Positions 42,525-60,000 are shown, numbered from the stretch's first letter. The stretch: DNA of 64,000 nucleotides from Eledone cirrhosa (GCA_964016885.1 OZ024743.1:300328001-300392000); one strand, 5' to 3'. Notes: generated by a model from the sequence alone, not told the origin. Program-made: numbers and translations.

Positions 42525-45036
42525 GACAGTTTGTCAAACTACATCCAGGCAATGCAACTCCACATCACTAACACAAGAGAAGTAGTAACACCACAAGAGC
42601 ATGAGGATAGGGAGAAAACCCTCAACGCCCATATGATGATGTGGACAAACATAATGCAGCCCAATAAACGGACTGTCAACAACTTCCAAACCTGCAACAA
42701 TGATGTGCCAGCATCGTATGGGCTCGAAAAGACCATAAGACGAACAGTGACCCAGTCACAGGACCACTACTCTGTGGCGCTAACATTGCTAGTAACTACA
42801 GACTTTACTACTTCCTATCCCTGATCGCACACCCCATCATTGAAATGTCCATTGATACTATGACAGCACGGAGGACCTCCTCAGCAGAATCAGCGAAGAT
42901 AACCGATCTAAGGACCTAACAGACTGTATACTATGTAGTATGGATGTAGTGTCCCTATACCCATCCATTGACGTGGGTATTGCTGCGGAGAAATGCGTAG
43001 AAATGATCATAGAGAGCAATGTTGAATTCCGTGGGATTGATACCAGTGAGCTGGGACTCGTACTTAAACTTACTTATAGTAATGATTATCTAGATACGTA
43101 TGAGCCTAGCAACATCTGCTCCACAAGGCCAGCAAGAGCCAGACAACCTACCATTACCTCAATGGCCAAGAAAACCTACACAGAAAGATGGAACGGGTGG
43201 ACCAGAGCCATACAGACACCCGAAAACCATGATGAACTAAAGAAAATGATTGCACATGCGGTGGGGGACAGTATAAAACTAACCCATAAGTAACATATGT
43301 TCACATTTAATGGAAAAACATATGCTCAAGAGGAGGGTATAGCCATTGGTGTTAGCATTGCAGGTGACATAGTTAACCTATTCATTGTATGGTGGGACAA
43401 TAAACCTATGAACAATTAGAAGACAGCAATCTCTTAACCCTGATAATGTACTCTCGCTACGTTGATGATATAGACATCGGAGTAAAAACACCCCCACTAG
43501 AGAACAGTCAGGAATTAGAGAAAAACACAATGGAAAGCATCAAGCAAATAGCTTACTCCATCCACCAGAGTATTATAGTTACTATAGACTACCCAAAGAA
43601 ACACCCCAACCATCGATTACCTTTACTAGACACAGAGCTCTGGTTTGAAACCATTAATAACAAAAAAACAAATCCTCCATTATGCCAAATCCATGACTTC
43701 CGAATATCTGATTCACCGAAACTCAGTGTTTTGGATCACACCAAAATCAACATACTGGTTTCGGATTTAGTACGGCTGATGAGAAACGTGTCCCGTATCT
43801 GCAACGCAAAAGAACTAGAGACACATTGAACACTTCATAAACCGCATGCAGTTCTCTGGTTACAATCAGAGACATACTATCTGAGTATATAGAGGAGTCA
43901 AAACCAAATGGGAAAAATGGTAAATAATGATACAAATGGGACCTGCCCCTTGAATAGGAGCAAAATTGGAATAGAATAGAAAGAACTAGGAATAAGGTTA
44001 ATAGAATATACTTATTTTATGATAGCAATAAATACCAGAGAGCAATGTTCATCAATACAACCCCTAGAGGTGAACAAGCTTACACATTTAGAAGGGCCCT
44101 AGATAAACTTAAACTAAATATTAAGATAGTACAAAGACCAGCTACCTCAATAAAAACACTTATTAGTAATAAATACCCTTTTCAAAGACTTCCCTGTATA
44201 GATAGGAAATGCATAATCTGTAAACTAAGCCCCCATATTAACTGCAAAACTAGAAACATAGTATATAGAATAAGATGTACTGAAAGACAATGTAAATATG
44301 GTGTACATAGGTGAGACAGCTCGTAGTATAGGGGAACGATTAAATGAACACTGGCGAAAGCTTCAAGATAGAAAGGAATCATCAGTACTCCACCAACATA
44401 CTAAAATAGAACATAAGGGCAAATTAGAGAACATAGAAATACAAATAAAATCTACACACAGAAAAGACGCAATGTTTAGACAAATCACAGAGGCAATAAA
44501 CATAAATGAACTCCAACCAAAATTAAACAGAAAACATGAATGGAATAGTAACATCACAACTTACAATTAAGGACAAAATGAAAACACACACACACATAGA
44601 ACAAACAACCAACTAGTAACATGTAAATAAACAAATTAATACAACAAATAAAAACACACACAGGCACCCGGATGTAACACATGCGCAAACTAAGCACACG
44701 ACACACACCAAAAACAAGATGGCGTAGGACAGAACAAAGGATTGGCACAAAACAAAACAACAAATCCCCAGTCACTGAAGAGGTCACATAATGTGTGACG
44801 AAAGAACTTTGACAATATATGAACAACCGTCCGGTTGTCGAACCAACCAACCAGAAATTTATATTTTTTTTGTTTTTTAAATTTACAATGTTATTTATAA
44901 TTTAATTTATAATGATTTGGAGTGAAAGCGATTGGTGCGTGTGTTCCTTATTGGCAACATGACCCTCCAAAAGTATAATAATATCGGTTTCAACACACGT
45001 ATTCAGATAAAGAATCTTACTAAACAAATTCAGAAA

Positions 45037-45040
<4 letters not shown>
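42525..45040 (+). mobile_element. Decayed 5'-truncated Penelope-like element of a third lineage
   Basis: Colinear fragments: MDVVSLYPSI, QEEGIAIG, YSRYVDDI, DYP..H...LPLLD, C..CIIC...CKTRNIVYRIRC, YIGETARS...RLNEH, LNRKHEW. Followed by a hammerhead, a tail and (TA)n. Confidence 0.88.
44771..44813 (+). ncRNA. Minimal type I hammerhead ribozyme
   Basis: gtca-CTGAAGA-g-gtcaca taatg tgtgac-GAAA-gaac-TT-tgac. Stem I is gtca/tgac. Confidence 0.8.
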
Positions 45041-45107
<67 letters not shown>

Positions 45108-46287
45108 TGTGTGTGTATCTATATATATATATGTACAGATATATATGTATAAGAAAGTGAGGTTTTTTTAATAAAAACCGAGGTATCCTATACGAGTGAA
45201 AGTATAAGGAAAAAAAATGAAATAGAAAATGCAACTGGCGTCTCTTTATAAAAACATATTTATTTGGTTCCTTTACCGGTTTCGCACTTCTTGTGCTTTT
45301 CAAAAGTAGAATTGAGATGGAGCGTTTGTGATTTTTCTCACATCTGGTTGGTAGTTGAATGTTACTTCTGTTTTATATGGAAAAAAGTGTTTCGAAATGC
45401 TAGGTTTTTAGAGAAATAATTTGTTTGCTTGGTGAATTAGTATAATAAATTTCGCGCCAATTCACGTTACAAAGTCCTTATAATATTTGCCTTCAAAAAA
45501 AGGGGGACTCAGGTTGTTTTTTTCATATGTGAGTGAAGTTTAGTTGGTTGATGCAGTAACGTGAATAAGCATATCAGCTTTCGCTGTACATGTGTCTGTG
45601 TATGTATGTATGTATGTATGTATGTATATATATATATATATATATATATACATGTGTGTGCGTAGGGGGTGTCAGTTTGTATATACATTTTATTATGTGT
45701 ATGTGAAAACGATATAGAAAAAAGGTACATAGCTATTAATACGATAGTTTCAGATACGCCCACTGGAATGCTCGCGTATTTGATTATGTGACGATTAATC
45801 CCTGTCAACACCGTCCAAGAGTATATCCGAACTAATGCATTCGGTTTGAGAAAAAAACATGATACGCTTTCTTTTATTAATAAGATAAGGATGTAGATAT
45901 TACGGACAAAAAAATATATATATTTCTAGAATGATATTAAAAAAAAGATGAGTGAATGGATATTTATTTATGGGCGAAGTACATCTCCAGGTACATTTAC
46001 GTTGATCTGAATTAAAGAAGATATGTGACATATCATTAGTAATATTGAGCTACATTTACATCTCGAAATACAAGAGGATAATACTCAGTTTAAACAAAAT
46101 GATCGCAGACCAACGGATATTAAGCTAACATACTTCCACTTTTTTTTTATTGCGAAACGATATCTACTGATGCTTTAATTAACTAATGTATATCAGGTTG
46201 TAATTGTAACACAGCCTCGGAATGCAAGAATTATTTCTTGGAAATTCACGTGAGGATGCTTAAGAGTCTTTTCCTTATTAGGCAGCA

Positions 46288-46360
<73 letters not shown>

Positions 46361-46379
46361 ACAAGCACACAAACACACA

Positions 46380-46449
<70 letters not shown>

Positions 46450-46454
<5 letters not shown>

Positions 46455-46732
46455 GTGAGGTTTTTTTTACAAAATGATAAATAACCGAGGTGTCCTACAC
46501 GAGTGAAAGTATAAAGAAAAAAATATGAAATCGAAAATACAACTGGATTCTTATTTTTTTTTTAAATATATATATTTATTTAGTTCCTTTACCGGTTTCG
46601 CAGTTCTTCTGCAGTTCTTCTGCTTTTCAACTCTACTTTTGAAAAGCAGAAGAACTGCGAAACCGGTAAAGGAACCAATTAAATATATATATTTTTAAAA
46701 AAAATAAGACTCCAGTTGCATTTGCGATTTCA

Positions 46733-46733
<1 letters not shown>
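46450..46733. mobile_element. Foldback mini-element with U3-A8 hammerhead variant (46636-46672, +); relative at 45152-45310 (-)
   Basis: Inverted arms around ~46632. The core reads ctt-TTGAAAA-gcag aagaa ctgc-GAAA-ccgg-TA-aag. Confidence 0.75.
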
Positions 46734-46829
<96 letters not shown>

Positions 46830-47403
46830 AATGAAACAAAAGTTACGGGCGAAAGAGTGTAATTTCCATCGTCAGTTGTTTGCTAGGAATCATAGGTATT
46901 TCTTCTCCGTTAAAGGCAAGATACCTCAGTCTAGGGTGACCAATAACTGAAATAAGTTATTGGGATAAAAAAGGGGGGAGAGAGAGAAAAAATGTAAACA
47001 GACACGAAGGTTGAAGCAACGAAAAGAGAGAAAAAATGGAACTCCTTTCGAACGTAGGTTTGCGGGTTTGGCGAGAGAAAAGACACGTCTTCACTGTAGC
47101 AGTGTGAGCAAGAGAAGAGACTACTTACAGTGGCGTACGAGGGAGGAAGTGAGCTAGCTGAGAGATGGTGACTACCCGAGAGAGAGTGACTGAAAGTAAG
47201 GAAGCGAGAAAGAGATAGTTATAGTGGCAAGTCAGCTGAGAGAATGTGACTAGCAGAAGAGCGAGAATGAGAAAGAGAAGGAGGAAAGAGCGAATAACAA
47301 CAGGGGGTGAGTAAAGAGACGGGTCACAGCGGAGAAGGAAAGAATATGAATAAAATGGCGAGCTGTGAAGCAACGAAATGAGAGGAAAAATATCAAGTCA
47401 ACA

Positions 47404-47484
<81 letters not shown>

Positions 47485-47489
47485 TATAG

Positions 47490-49090
47490 TATAAAAGAGA
47501 AAACACAGGTAAGCTTTAAGAGAAGGATTTTATCCAGGTATTTACGACCGTTTCATTGGTAAGTGCAACCTTATATTGCTATACGGCAAATTGCAGCCAC
47601 TCAATTATAATTGTTGTTCACAGTCCAAATTTTCAAAATAGTGAGTAAGTTACTCTTGAAATAATTGTTAATATATAGAGAAAAACATTTATTTGGAATT
47701 GTATTTACTAGTATAGAGAGAGAGGAATCAGAAGGTGATGGGACACACGGTATAGTATAAAGAGAGAGGAAGGGGGAGAAGAGTTAGGAAGTAGAGTGAC
47801 AAACTGCGAAGGAGGGAGTGGTAGAAGTGGAAGGATTCCTTGATCAGTTTTGATATTCAGACTTCATGTCGTGGAATGTAGTTAGTGAAAGAGAATTAAA
47901 TTGACCATTGTGGCGGGGGGGCGGGGGATAAATAGAGAGAGAAAGGGGGGAGATATAAAGTGATAAATATATATAAAAAAAAACAATAATAATGATAAAG
48001 ATAATAATGACAAAAAAAAGCAAAGAAGGGGGCAGAAAGAAGAAAAGAAAAGATAGCCAAGAAGGGGATGGAAGGAAGGAAGAAAACGAAGAATTAGAAG
48101 AGGAATGAAGGAGAAGGGGGGATATAGCTATTGTTTTTTTTGGGTAATTAAGAGGGTTTAGATACAACAAGAGGGTATACAGTCTAAGTATATGCAGTTT
48201 GTCAGTTGGTAGTAAGAGGTTAAGGTTTCGATTTGCACTTGTAGTGCGAAAACTTCTCTTTGAGTCTATGGTTACAATAAATTGATCTTTCGATTTTATT
48301 GTTGAGTAACTTATTCTTCGAACTCAAAATGTGGAACAGTTCAAGGTCGCATAATCGACAGCTTCTCATACCACTCCGATATGGGGGTGCGTTCGATAAT
48401 TTTTTCCACTTCAGGTTTACTTTCCTTCAGTTGCCAGGTCTTGTTTGCAAGAGTAGTTACATAACGATGCTGGGAATGTTTCATTGCGTAACGGTGTGTA
48501 TACCAACGGGCTTTAAATGTATTCCCAGTCGCTCCGATGTAATAACATTTCTGGTTGTCTGATTCCACTGTGCATTGGTAAACCAGGTTAGACTGCATAC
48601 ATTCATTATGTAATGGACAGGTTTCAGTTAGGTGGCAGTTACAATTCTTGTCATGGGCAACTTTGGCATTATTGGTGGGCTGCGATGCCTGTACAAGTGT
48701 GTTACGTTTTGTTTCCCAATTAGCGGGTGGTTGTGTATTAGATATTCTGTTGTGTTCAATGGTGATTGTATTGTTATTGTTGTAAATTTGTGTTTTGGTG
48801 TTGTTATGTATCTTTTTAGCGTTAAACATCTTAATGTGTGCCTGGTGCCGTGGAGTAAGATAGTCTAATAGATTTAGTGTTAAGGATTTTGCTGTATCTA
48901 TGTGAATCTGGAAAGTGCTTATTTATTATTCTAAAGAAGGTAGAGGGTAGGTTAGTACTAATAGAGGTGTTAAATATGGGGTTATACCAAATATATTTTC
49001 TTCTACGGGACTTATTTGATTTCGATGTTGTATTTCTATTTACCGTCAACTTTGTAGTTCTATGCGTAAGTGCATTTTGGTACGACTCAT
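47490..49090 (-). mobile_element. 3' fragment of a Naiad-like PLE
   Basis: KYIWYNPIFN..KHFP..HRYSKILN, CNC..CPL..C..SNLVYQC..YYIGATGNTFKARW..H. A purine/pyrimidine-skewed 3' UTR runs to (TA)n. Confidence 0.8.
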
Positions 49091-49204
49091 CTGATGAAAT
49101 ACAAAAGTTGATTTACAGATAGCGACATATTCAAAAGTAGAACTCAACGTTTTGAGGTCTGTTTGAATATATAGTCCCATGGACTGAGTGCTCTACCACT
49201 ACGG

Positions 49205-51064
<1,860 letters not shown>

Positions 51065-51261
51065 AATCGCCAAAATTACTGCTGTGTGTAGTATAGTCTT
51101 TATGAATTCCCATGCCAATCCCTTGCTTCCTTGCCTCCCCATACATATACACCTACACGCACATGTGCTCACACCTATATACAAGCATTCAAAGCCATTA
51201 ATCGTACACTTATCTGTGTGGACCTACACACCCACACACACCCCAAACACACACACACATA

Positions 51262-51306
<45 letters not shown>

Positions 51307-51413
51307 GTGTACATACATACACACAGGCGCTTACATATGCATTGATTGAAGCCTACTCTTACACACGCACACACACATACATACTCACATACACACACAC
51401 ACACATATATGTT

Positions 51414-51481
<68 letters not shown>

Positions 51482-51489
51482 TATATATA

Positions 51490-51880
51490 TATTTATTAAA
51501 ATAACAGATTAAAGTTTAAGCAAATAATCGCTGCTTTCACCCTTAACGAGATCTTCATATATGTGCGTACGTGTGTGTATGTCTGTCTGTCTGGGTCTGC
51601 GTGCATATATGGGAGTGTGTGTGTGTATGAATAAGTACTCACACGTGTATGAAGATCCCGTTAACTATGAAAGCAGCGATTCTTTGCTTAAACTTTAATC
51701 TGTTATTTTAATAAATATTTGATTTACGGTTCCTATATATTTGATATATATTTATCCTTATCGAGCCCTCTTTGAATTTTAGTCTTCAAATTTATTATTA
51801 TTACTATATATATATATATATATATATATATTAATAATAATAAATTTGAAGACTAAAATTCAAAGAGGGCTCGATAAGTA
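51490..51880. mobile_element. Rearranged copies of the 2808-2962 PLE terminus in both orientations
   Basis: 51651-51806 (+), 51490-51558 (-) and 51833-51878 (-). Confidence 0.75.
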
Positions 51881-52841
51881 TAATTATATATATATATATA
51901 TATATTTATGCGTACATGCTCACGCACACACACACACATAAACGTGTGTGTACTTATACATACACACACACACTCCCATATATGCACGCAGACCCAGACA
52001 AACATACATACACACACGTACCACATATATGAAAATAAACTGGATAAACATATTTGGAAAGTGTATAAAAGTATATACATGATGCTGTACATCATTTACT
52101 GCACAACGAAATATTACGTAAGGAAATACATAACGGTGTGCAGACACATTTTGATGCACATGTTGACTGATTTGGCCTTATGGTGCTGACGTGAACTAAT
52201 CCACATATAGAAATCTTAAACAAAATTACATACGGGAAGCTCATAGGAATAATGTAAAGGATATACCGAAAACATATATAAAAAATATATAAAGAATATA
52301 TACAAATATATAATAATATATAAGAAATATATACATTTGCTTCTTGTCGTTTAGAATGCTTTAAATAGCTATCTGAAAATCCCTAGTGAAATGTTTGAGG
52401 AAATTTAGGGTTTCAGTAGAAGTAGATTCAATATGGACAGGTAGCAGTCCGTGATGTTCGACTGGTGAAGCTTTTGGCTACTTTATTGTTGTCTTGTTTG
52501 ATATACGTCATTTAATTCTTTAATGCATTTAAGAATTTGGTCGGTTCTAGAATCTTAATTTTCATTTGTGTCTCGATGCTTCATCAGAAATCCTGCTTTA
52601 TGGATTAGAATCGTGTAAGATAGATTTTTATACTTGGTATAGGTTCTTACTCTAGTGAATACTTATGCATACACACATACATCCCCTTCACAGACACATA
52701 CTAACACACACACACGCGCGCGCGCGCAAATATATATATTGTGGAAATAGATGGAATAATCCGACCTCATAACCTACATATTTTGAAGAGATCCCGGTTT
52801 ACTTTGTCTGCCCCAAATATTACCCATAATGTAAAATTGCA

Positions 52842-52895
<54 letters not shown>

Positions 52896-52935
52896 TATAA
52901 TTATATGTGTGTGTGTGTGTGTGTGTACACACACG

Positions 52936-53010
<75 letters not shown>

Positions 53011-53016
<6 letters not shown>

Positions 53017-53223
53017 TTATACTTGGGGAGGGTCATGTTTGTGTAATAATATTACCAGAATTAATAACAGAACACACTGACTGTTTGGTTGGTTTTCGCT
53101 TCTGTATCTGTAATTAATTGTGGCAATATTATTACACAAATATGACCCTCCCCAAGTATAACACTATTAGTTTCGACACACGATTTCATATCAAAAACCT
53201 CGCAAAACTAATTCATCGCCGTT
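53011..53223. mobile_element. Foldback mini-element sharing its terminus motif with the 42.5-45 kb PLE
   Basis: Arms are 53011-53070 and ~53105-53167. ATGACCCTCC..AAGTA...TTC.ACACACG is shared with 44959-45000 and 61009-61050. Confidence 0.75.
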
Positions 53224-53256
53224 ATATATATATATATATAGAGAGAGGGAGAGAGA

Positions 53257-53747
53257 GAGAAAATTGAGGTTGGTAATGGCACATGGAATATATAAGAGAC
53301 AGAATACTTTTTTGTGAAAAAACATAATTTTATAAGCTAAGGAAATAATAAAGGGTATAAAAAATGATTGCTAAATCTGACCTTTATAAAATAACCCACA
53401 CTCCAAATAACTTCTCATTCACTACCAGAAAGGGACACAGCAGTCAACCTGTTGTTGCTACCTAGATGAAAACTGCTATGAAATCCCACAATGATTTTTA
53501 TACTTGAATTTTCAAATTTCAAATTTTAACTCTTCGTATTATTAATTTTTCTTAATATTAATCAACATTTGAAAAGATGGCTTTTGCAGACCCATCGAAA
53601 CCGGTCATTTTTTATACCCTTTATTATTTCCTTACCTTATAAAATTATGTTTTTTCACAAAAAAGTATTCTGTCTCTTATATATTCCATGTGCCATTACC
53701 AACCTCAATTTTCTCTATAACCTTCGTTTTGTGTAGAAAATTACACT

Positions 53748-53753
<6 letters not shown>
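53257..53753. mobile_element. Foldback mini-element with U3-A8 hammerhead variant (53564-53611, +) and tail
   Basis: Arms of ~110 bp at 53257-53367 and 53605-53716. The core reads TTGAAAA-gatgg...ccatc-GAAA-ccgg-TC. Confidence 0.75.
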
Positions 53754-53794
<41 letters not shown>

Positions 53795-54610
53795 TATAAA
53801 CTGCAATTTACATTCTTCATAGTTTGGTTTGCATGTGGTGATCTTCTAAATTATTTCACGATATGCGCTCTTGTGTATATTGCTATAAATATCTCATATT
53901 AAATTCTATCTACAACGTATTGCTATGATGTAAAATTTGGTGTCCACAAAGTAAACCGGGATCTCTTCAAAATATGTAGATTATGAGGTCTGATATATTA
54001 TATATACAATATATTTCCACAATATGTCAATATGTTTTATTTAGAGTAATGTGTTTATAACACTTAAGTATTTTCACACTGTATTAACGGTCAATTTCCT
54101 TTCTCCATCTCTTTCGCCAACCCTCTCTCTCCTTCTCAACGCCCCCCTCTCTCTCTCCTGAATATACATGAGTATTTCATATCTCTGTTGATTCTCTGAT
54201 TGATAAATCTTAATTCATTCACTTGAAATTCACTGTAGCAGTTTCAGCGTATAATATAATTACAATTGTCTTCATACTCGTTTATAAAACATGCAATTTG
54301 TCTGTTTATGGGATTACATAATAGCATCGTTTTTAGAGTTGTACACAATGTCATAATCTATTATTTATATGGAATTGTGTTTCGAGGTATTTTTCCATAC
54401 TTTTGTAACTTTTATACACACACAAACATATACATACCAGTTAATATATACCCAATACCATGCTTAACATAATAGCTATTCTATTATAATTACAACGACA
54501 ACAATGATAGTATGCATATAACCGCTCATACCATAGCTACACATACATACACATTAAAATTGCATTGCATCTACAAAATAATAAATTATTGAATACATAT
54601 CAATGAATAT

Positions 54611-54797
54611 AATTGTTTCTACTTTTTGGCACAAGGCCAGCAATTACCCTGTGCATTACTGGTACTTTATTTTATCGACCCCATAATGATGAAAGGCAAA
54701 GTTAACCTCGGCGGGATTTGAACTCAGAATGGCAAAGGTCGTAACTCCATGCGTCAAACATGGCGTCCGACCCTCTACAGATACTGCCAATCCACCG
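54611..54797 (-). mobile_element. Same SINE, full length
   Basis: A-box-like TGGCAGTATCTGTAG, B-box GAGTTCAAATCCC and the conserved central domain. Confidence 0.88.
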
Positions 54798-57700
54798 GGA
54801 ATACCTACATTCCCAACGCTGGCAAGGGAATTAACGTATAGTAAGAAATATATACGTTACTTAACCAAAACACAATCGAATTAATACATATACTACCAAA
54901 TACAGAGACATTTAAAGTTACATAGCTTTGATACAACACTCACACTCATAAACACCCCACAAAAATATACATCTATACATAAACCCATCATTTGGAAAAA
55001 TCAGGAACACTAAGTTGTTAGAAAAGTTCATAGTTTGATATGAAAGAGGGATGCTAGTGATGTCTTATTAATAACTGGATTGTTTCCTTGCATGGAGTAT
55101 GTTGAAAAATAAACCTCATTTGATCATTTCATGAGAGTTTCATGGTCAGCCAATGAACTTTTCAGCCGACTCTCGTAATCAAAGTATGACACCAGACGTA
55201 GATATACAACCAAGAAAAAGCACCAAAATACTAACACAAGTAATAGTTAACTGCGGTAGAGAGAAAAAAATACGTTAATATACAAGACATTTGGACCACA
55301 AAGAGACAAAACAAATAATCATGATTAAAAATGAATCAAATGAACAATTACCCTGTGCCTATAAAAATATATTTTAATCACACCACAGTATTTATGATAA
55401 ACACCAGTCGTTATTGAATAGTTCATGTTTCTAGTTAAGTGCAGTAAAGTAGATATTCAACTTATAACTGTACACATAAGGAAATCAGAGTGTAGATAAT
55501 AGTATACGGATTATTTCCATGAGGGTTAAACTTATATGATTTTCATTTTCATTCACTGCTGAACAGTTTTCTACTTAGCCATATGGCAAATAATTCATAC
55601 AAAAACACAGATAACAACATAGATAACAAAAACAAGGAACGTATCATGAAGCACAACACACTGGGGTTTTAAACACTTTGAAAACAATTGAAAACGTGCA
55701 AACAAATAAAGCAGATAAAAGTAAATAATATACTAATACCAATAAAAGTCCCGTGTATGAAAGGAGCACCATCCATTAATAACTTAGGAAAGCCACAGAT
55801 TCTAACCCACCCTAATCTCCAAGAGCACCATGCTAAGATTAATCCCATTGCTTTGGACCATCCTCATTATATTTAACCACCTTTTACCAAATGGTTTGGG
55901 TGGCAGCAGTGCCCTCTGCCGCCTCACTTTCCTCTCAAAGCGGAACTTTAAAAAATCGACGAGGGCTTGGCCATAGAGGAAAATGTCTGTCTTAAAACGC
56001 GTCCATCAGACAACCTCTTTTGCTATAGCAACCAGACAGAGGAAAATTACCTGCCCTATCCAGCCACAAGGAGGCGGCAATGTGACCTTCTATATGTAGT
56101 CCGTCCTACACGAGACAATAGCTTCTTGTCAAAATTCTACTGGTCAGCAATACCCTGGGACTCCGAGTGGTGTTGGAGATCAAGTAGTTCAATCTCCATA
56201 TCTTATTGGAGTTCTTTTGGAAAACCTTTAGTATTCGACGGCTGCTCTATGTTTCTGGGTCCCACGTAACCTAGGGCAAGCCCTCTCTTTTATTTATATA
56301 TTTTTCCAGGGATATGTGTATCATTATTAGTGCTAGTTTCATAGATCTTTCATCATCTCTTATTCTCTGCTATTCATATTATGAGGGATTTCAGCTCTTG
56401 GTTTGCCTTGGTAAGTAACACAAATTTTGACGTTTGTGTGATTGTTTGCTGTTTTCTATCTGTATACTTGTGTTTGTTGTTAATCGTGGTTGTGGTGTGG
56501 TTGGTGTATACAGAGAGAAAGAGAGCGTGAGAAGAATAACCTGAATATTGAGGATGAAAACAGAAATAATTCCTATAATAATAGGTGCTCAGCTGTTTTT
56601 AAGCTCTAATTCGGAACAATTTCAAGGCCACATGGGAATTCTATAAATCGCTCAATTTAACCCTCAACATATTTTATTATTCTATTAATCTCATAACCAG
56701 TCTTCTAAATGATCATTCAAGATAACTATTTTCATATGAATTAATTTTACTATGAAAATAAATCAACTTTCAAATAATTCGAAAGTTTCAATAATTGCAA
56801 AATATTTACATATTTTCTTTCTAAATTAAACAACATATATATAGTATTAATTACATCAACGCTTGCATCATATTTGAAAATCTTTCTCTGTGAGAGTCGG
56901 CTGGAAAAATCTTAGGCTGACTAGAAAGTATTGATTCTAGAGCAGCGAAATCTTTCATGCATTAATTTCAACTCTTTTCAATAATAACCCGATTGTTTCT
57001 TTCCAGGCACTATGTTAAAAAATAAACATCATTTGATCACTGTATGAGGTTACCTTGGCCAGCGTATGAACAGTACGGCCTAACCTCGTACTTTCTATAT
57101 TAATATGTACGAACTAGAAGGTTTGAGAAAATCACTGTGTATGTTGCAAATGAATATTGGGTATAGATAGAGATCAAGTGAATGTGTTGAATCATGTCTT
57201 GTTGTCAGAATATAATGTATTATGATTTATTGTTTGCTTAACTAAAATTTGTGACGCACGTGCACGATGTTTGGCTAATATTTTCCGTATTTCTTTTAAG
57301 AGAGCTGTGTTTTGTGATTTCAAAAACAAATGCTTAAAAGAGCTGTCGTGTACCCATGCGTACATATACACACACCTAACTTTACTTAACTCATGTACAG
57401 TCACAATCTCTCACACACTCACACACACACGCGCACGCGCGCGCATAGATATGTATGGCTTCCATACCAGTAATGTACTGGGTGAGTGCTGGCCTTGTGC
57501 TAAAAGTAGAAACAATTATAAAAGTAGAAACAATTATTTACTAGATTTTTTAATATTCCGTGTATATTGTGATATTAGTAGTATCCCAACTGTCGTTGCC
57601 CTTGTTTTGTGTGTATTTCTACGTAGAATGTCTTGCGATATCGAATAATTATTTCTGTATAGAGATGTGTTGCGGTGGTTCCTTGTTATCTGGGTATGGT

Positions 57701-58849
57701 TAGCCGACGGAGAAGTGTAGAATATTTATGACTGGTGTAAAATGTGATGTCATGGTGTTTTTTGATATGTGCGATGACATTTTAAATAGTTTTGCCAGTC
57801 TATTGTTGCTGATTACTAAGGATTCTGATTTAATTTTGTTATTAATTTTGCAGTATATTCTAACTATGTGTATATGTGGTTCGGATTTACGTATATTCCG
57901 ATTTGCTTTATGTGTGTGTTAAGAAAGTGTCTATCCGTTCTATGCCACAATTCCTCCTGTAAAATATCGTGTTAGATTAAACAAATGTCTTTTACTAGTA
58001 ATTAAAAATATCTTCATCTTAGGTAGACTTGATCATTTCAAATTACAAACGATGCTGCAAAGTATACAGCTTCAAAATATTCGATTAGAGAATTTGAAAT
58101 CAATAAAATATATTCTATAAAAATTAGCCAAACGCAATATGCCAAGATGTACATGATGAAAAAGACCAAACGAACAGACTCTCTAAAAACATTCAACATT
58201 AATATTTCAATGATGATGTTATTTGCAATCGAATCAGTGTTTGCTCTATTTCGTAATAAGGCAAATATGTTCTGAAAATATGGGTTCCTGAAAACAGATC
58301 ATGGGAATCATTTATAGCTTATGCTGGCAATTTATTCAGTAAAATATAATGATTTGAGAACTATATATTTTTTCTTTTGCAAAACGGTATTGATTCTACA
58401 TGTGTGCAGAATACAACGTAGAAAAAAACACATGTATTAAAAGAACTGTTTCCATGGAGAATACATGCTAGAGAATCGAGGAAAATAACTTGTGGTTACA
58501 TGTCTATATGAAGTAAATTGTCCTACCACATATCTACTTACCAGTTGGAACGCACCACATAATGGTATGTTGTAAGATATTCGCAGTAAGAAATGTTAGT
58601 GTTGGCCGCAATAGTTTCTACATAGTAAAGTGGAGGAAAACAAGTTAACAGGAGCAATACTGGGTTTCATGAGTTTTGGCTGAACACATAGCTATCTCAG
58701 AATTGTACTTTATTGGGTTTGTGTTTATGAAAGATATTGGCAGGACAGAAAACCCATAATTATACGTATGGATACTATACGTACTTATGTGATCATTTTC
58801 TAGTGCCGCCGTACGCGATTTGATAGGGATAATTACCATTGACACACTA

Positions 58850-59145
58850 CGTAAAACAATATCCCAGACTGTCATACGATCCCATACGGTGACGATGATC
58901 TGGTCGTACCGAGCCATAAAAGTGACCATCATCTTGAAGTATTCAGTCTAAAACTTAATATCTATCTTTAACAGCTTAGGTCTAGACATTACTAGAAGCC
59001 TCAATTAGTGTTAATTTTTTTGGAATAATCTTAGGTATACGTACAACGTATAAACCATACCACAAGCCTAGCGGAAGACACATATATATACAACAAAACT
59101 CATGGCACCTATCTATGGTTTTCAAAAACCTTATTAAGAACAACA
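58850..59145 (+). pseudogene. Highly decayed Naiad-like RT fragment
   Basis: YGDDDL..SHKS, LGLDIT and YKPYHKP..SWH...FKNLIKN align by eye to 49230-49500. Confidence 0.6.
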
Positions 59146-59299
59146 GAGTAGCCCCCATACTGTGATAAATAACTGCGAAATCTGTGAAGAAGTGTTTACT
59201 GCACAAATAAGCATCCACGATGTAGCAGGAACATATCTACACTTCAACTCATTACATATTTCTTACCCCTTTTATTCCTCTATGTCTACACTTTCAGTG

Positions 59300-59420
59300 A
59301 AGGCGCGTCACTAAGTCGTTAGAGAATTGGATTCGCAATCGTGAGATTGCGATTTCGATTTTCAGACCGGGCGATGCGTTATGTCCCCAAGCAAGACACT
59401 TTACGTAACGTTGCTCCTTT
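59300..59420 (+). mobile_element. Decayed second tRNA-derived SINE (CORE-like domain)
   Basis: A tRNA-like head followed by tgtccccaagcaagacacttt. Confidence 0.5.
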
Positions 59421-59810
59421 TGCCTAGAGTTGCAACCGACAGATTGTATTAGCAATTAGAAATACCAATGAAAACATTGCTTCCTCCGCACCATTTGACG
59501 AGCTCTACCCCACTCTTTAAGCGAAAGACATCTGGGATCTTGTCGATAGACTATCGATGTCCAAACTAATGTAAGGGAAATATTCATAAAACTCATATTA
59601 ACATTACAAATAGGTAACAACTACCGTCAGATTTTGAACTGTCACGCACTGAAAATCTGTTACTCGTGAGCCAAAGATATAAAGTCCTACAAAATAAACA
59701 CGATGCAGAAAGCCAGAAGTATGCCTGCTTGCCCAACAGGATGTTGGTGTTACCTACCACGCAAACGAAACACGCATATTTACATTATGCGGATTTAATA
59801 TTATTTTACA

Positions 59811-60000
59811 GTGGTGGATTCAAAGTATCGGTAGAGGGTCGGACGCTATGCTTTGACGCATAGAGTTGCGGCCCTTGCCATTCTGATTTCAAATCCCGCC
59901 GAGGTTAACTTTGCCTTTCATCCTTACGGGGTCGATAAAATAAAGTACTAGTAATACACTGATATAATTGCTGGCCTTGTGCCAAACGTAGAAACAATTA
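59811..60000 (+). mobile_element. Same SINE, full length
   Basis: Aligns to 39011-39180. Confidence 0.88.

Noticed and set aside
52555-52595. Minus-strand CTGATGA...GAAA
   Set aside because: Stem II and stem I do not pair credibly.
54715-54797. tRNA gene
   Set aside because: The A/B boxes belong to a SINE head and no cloverleaf forms.
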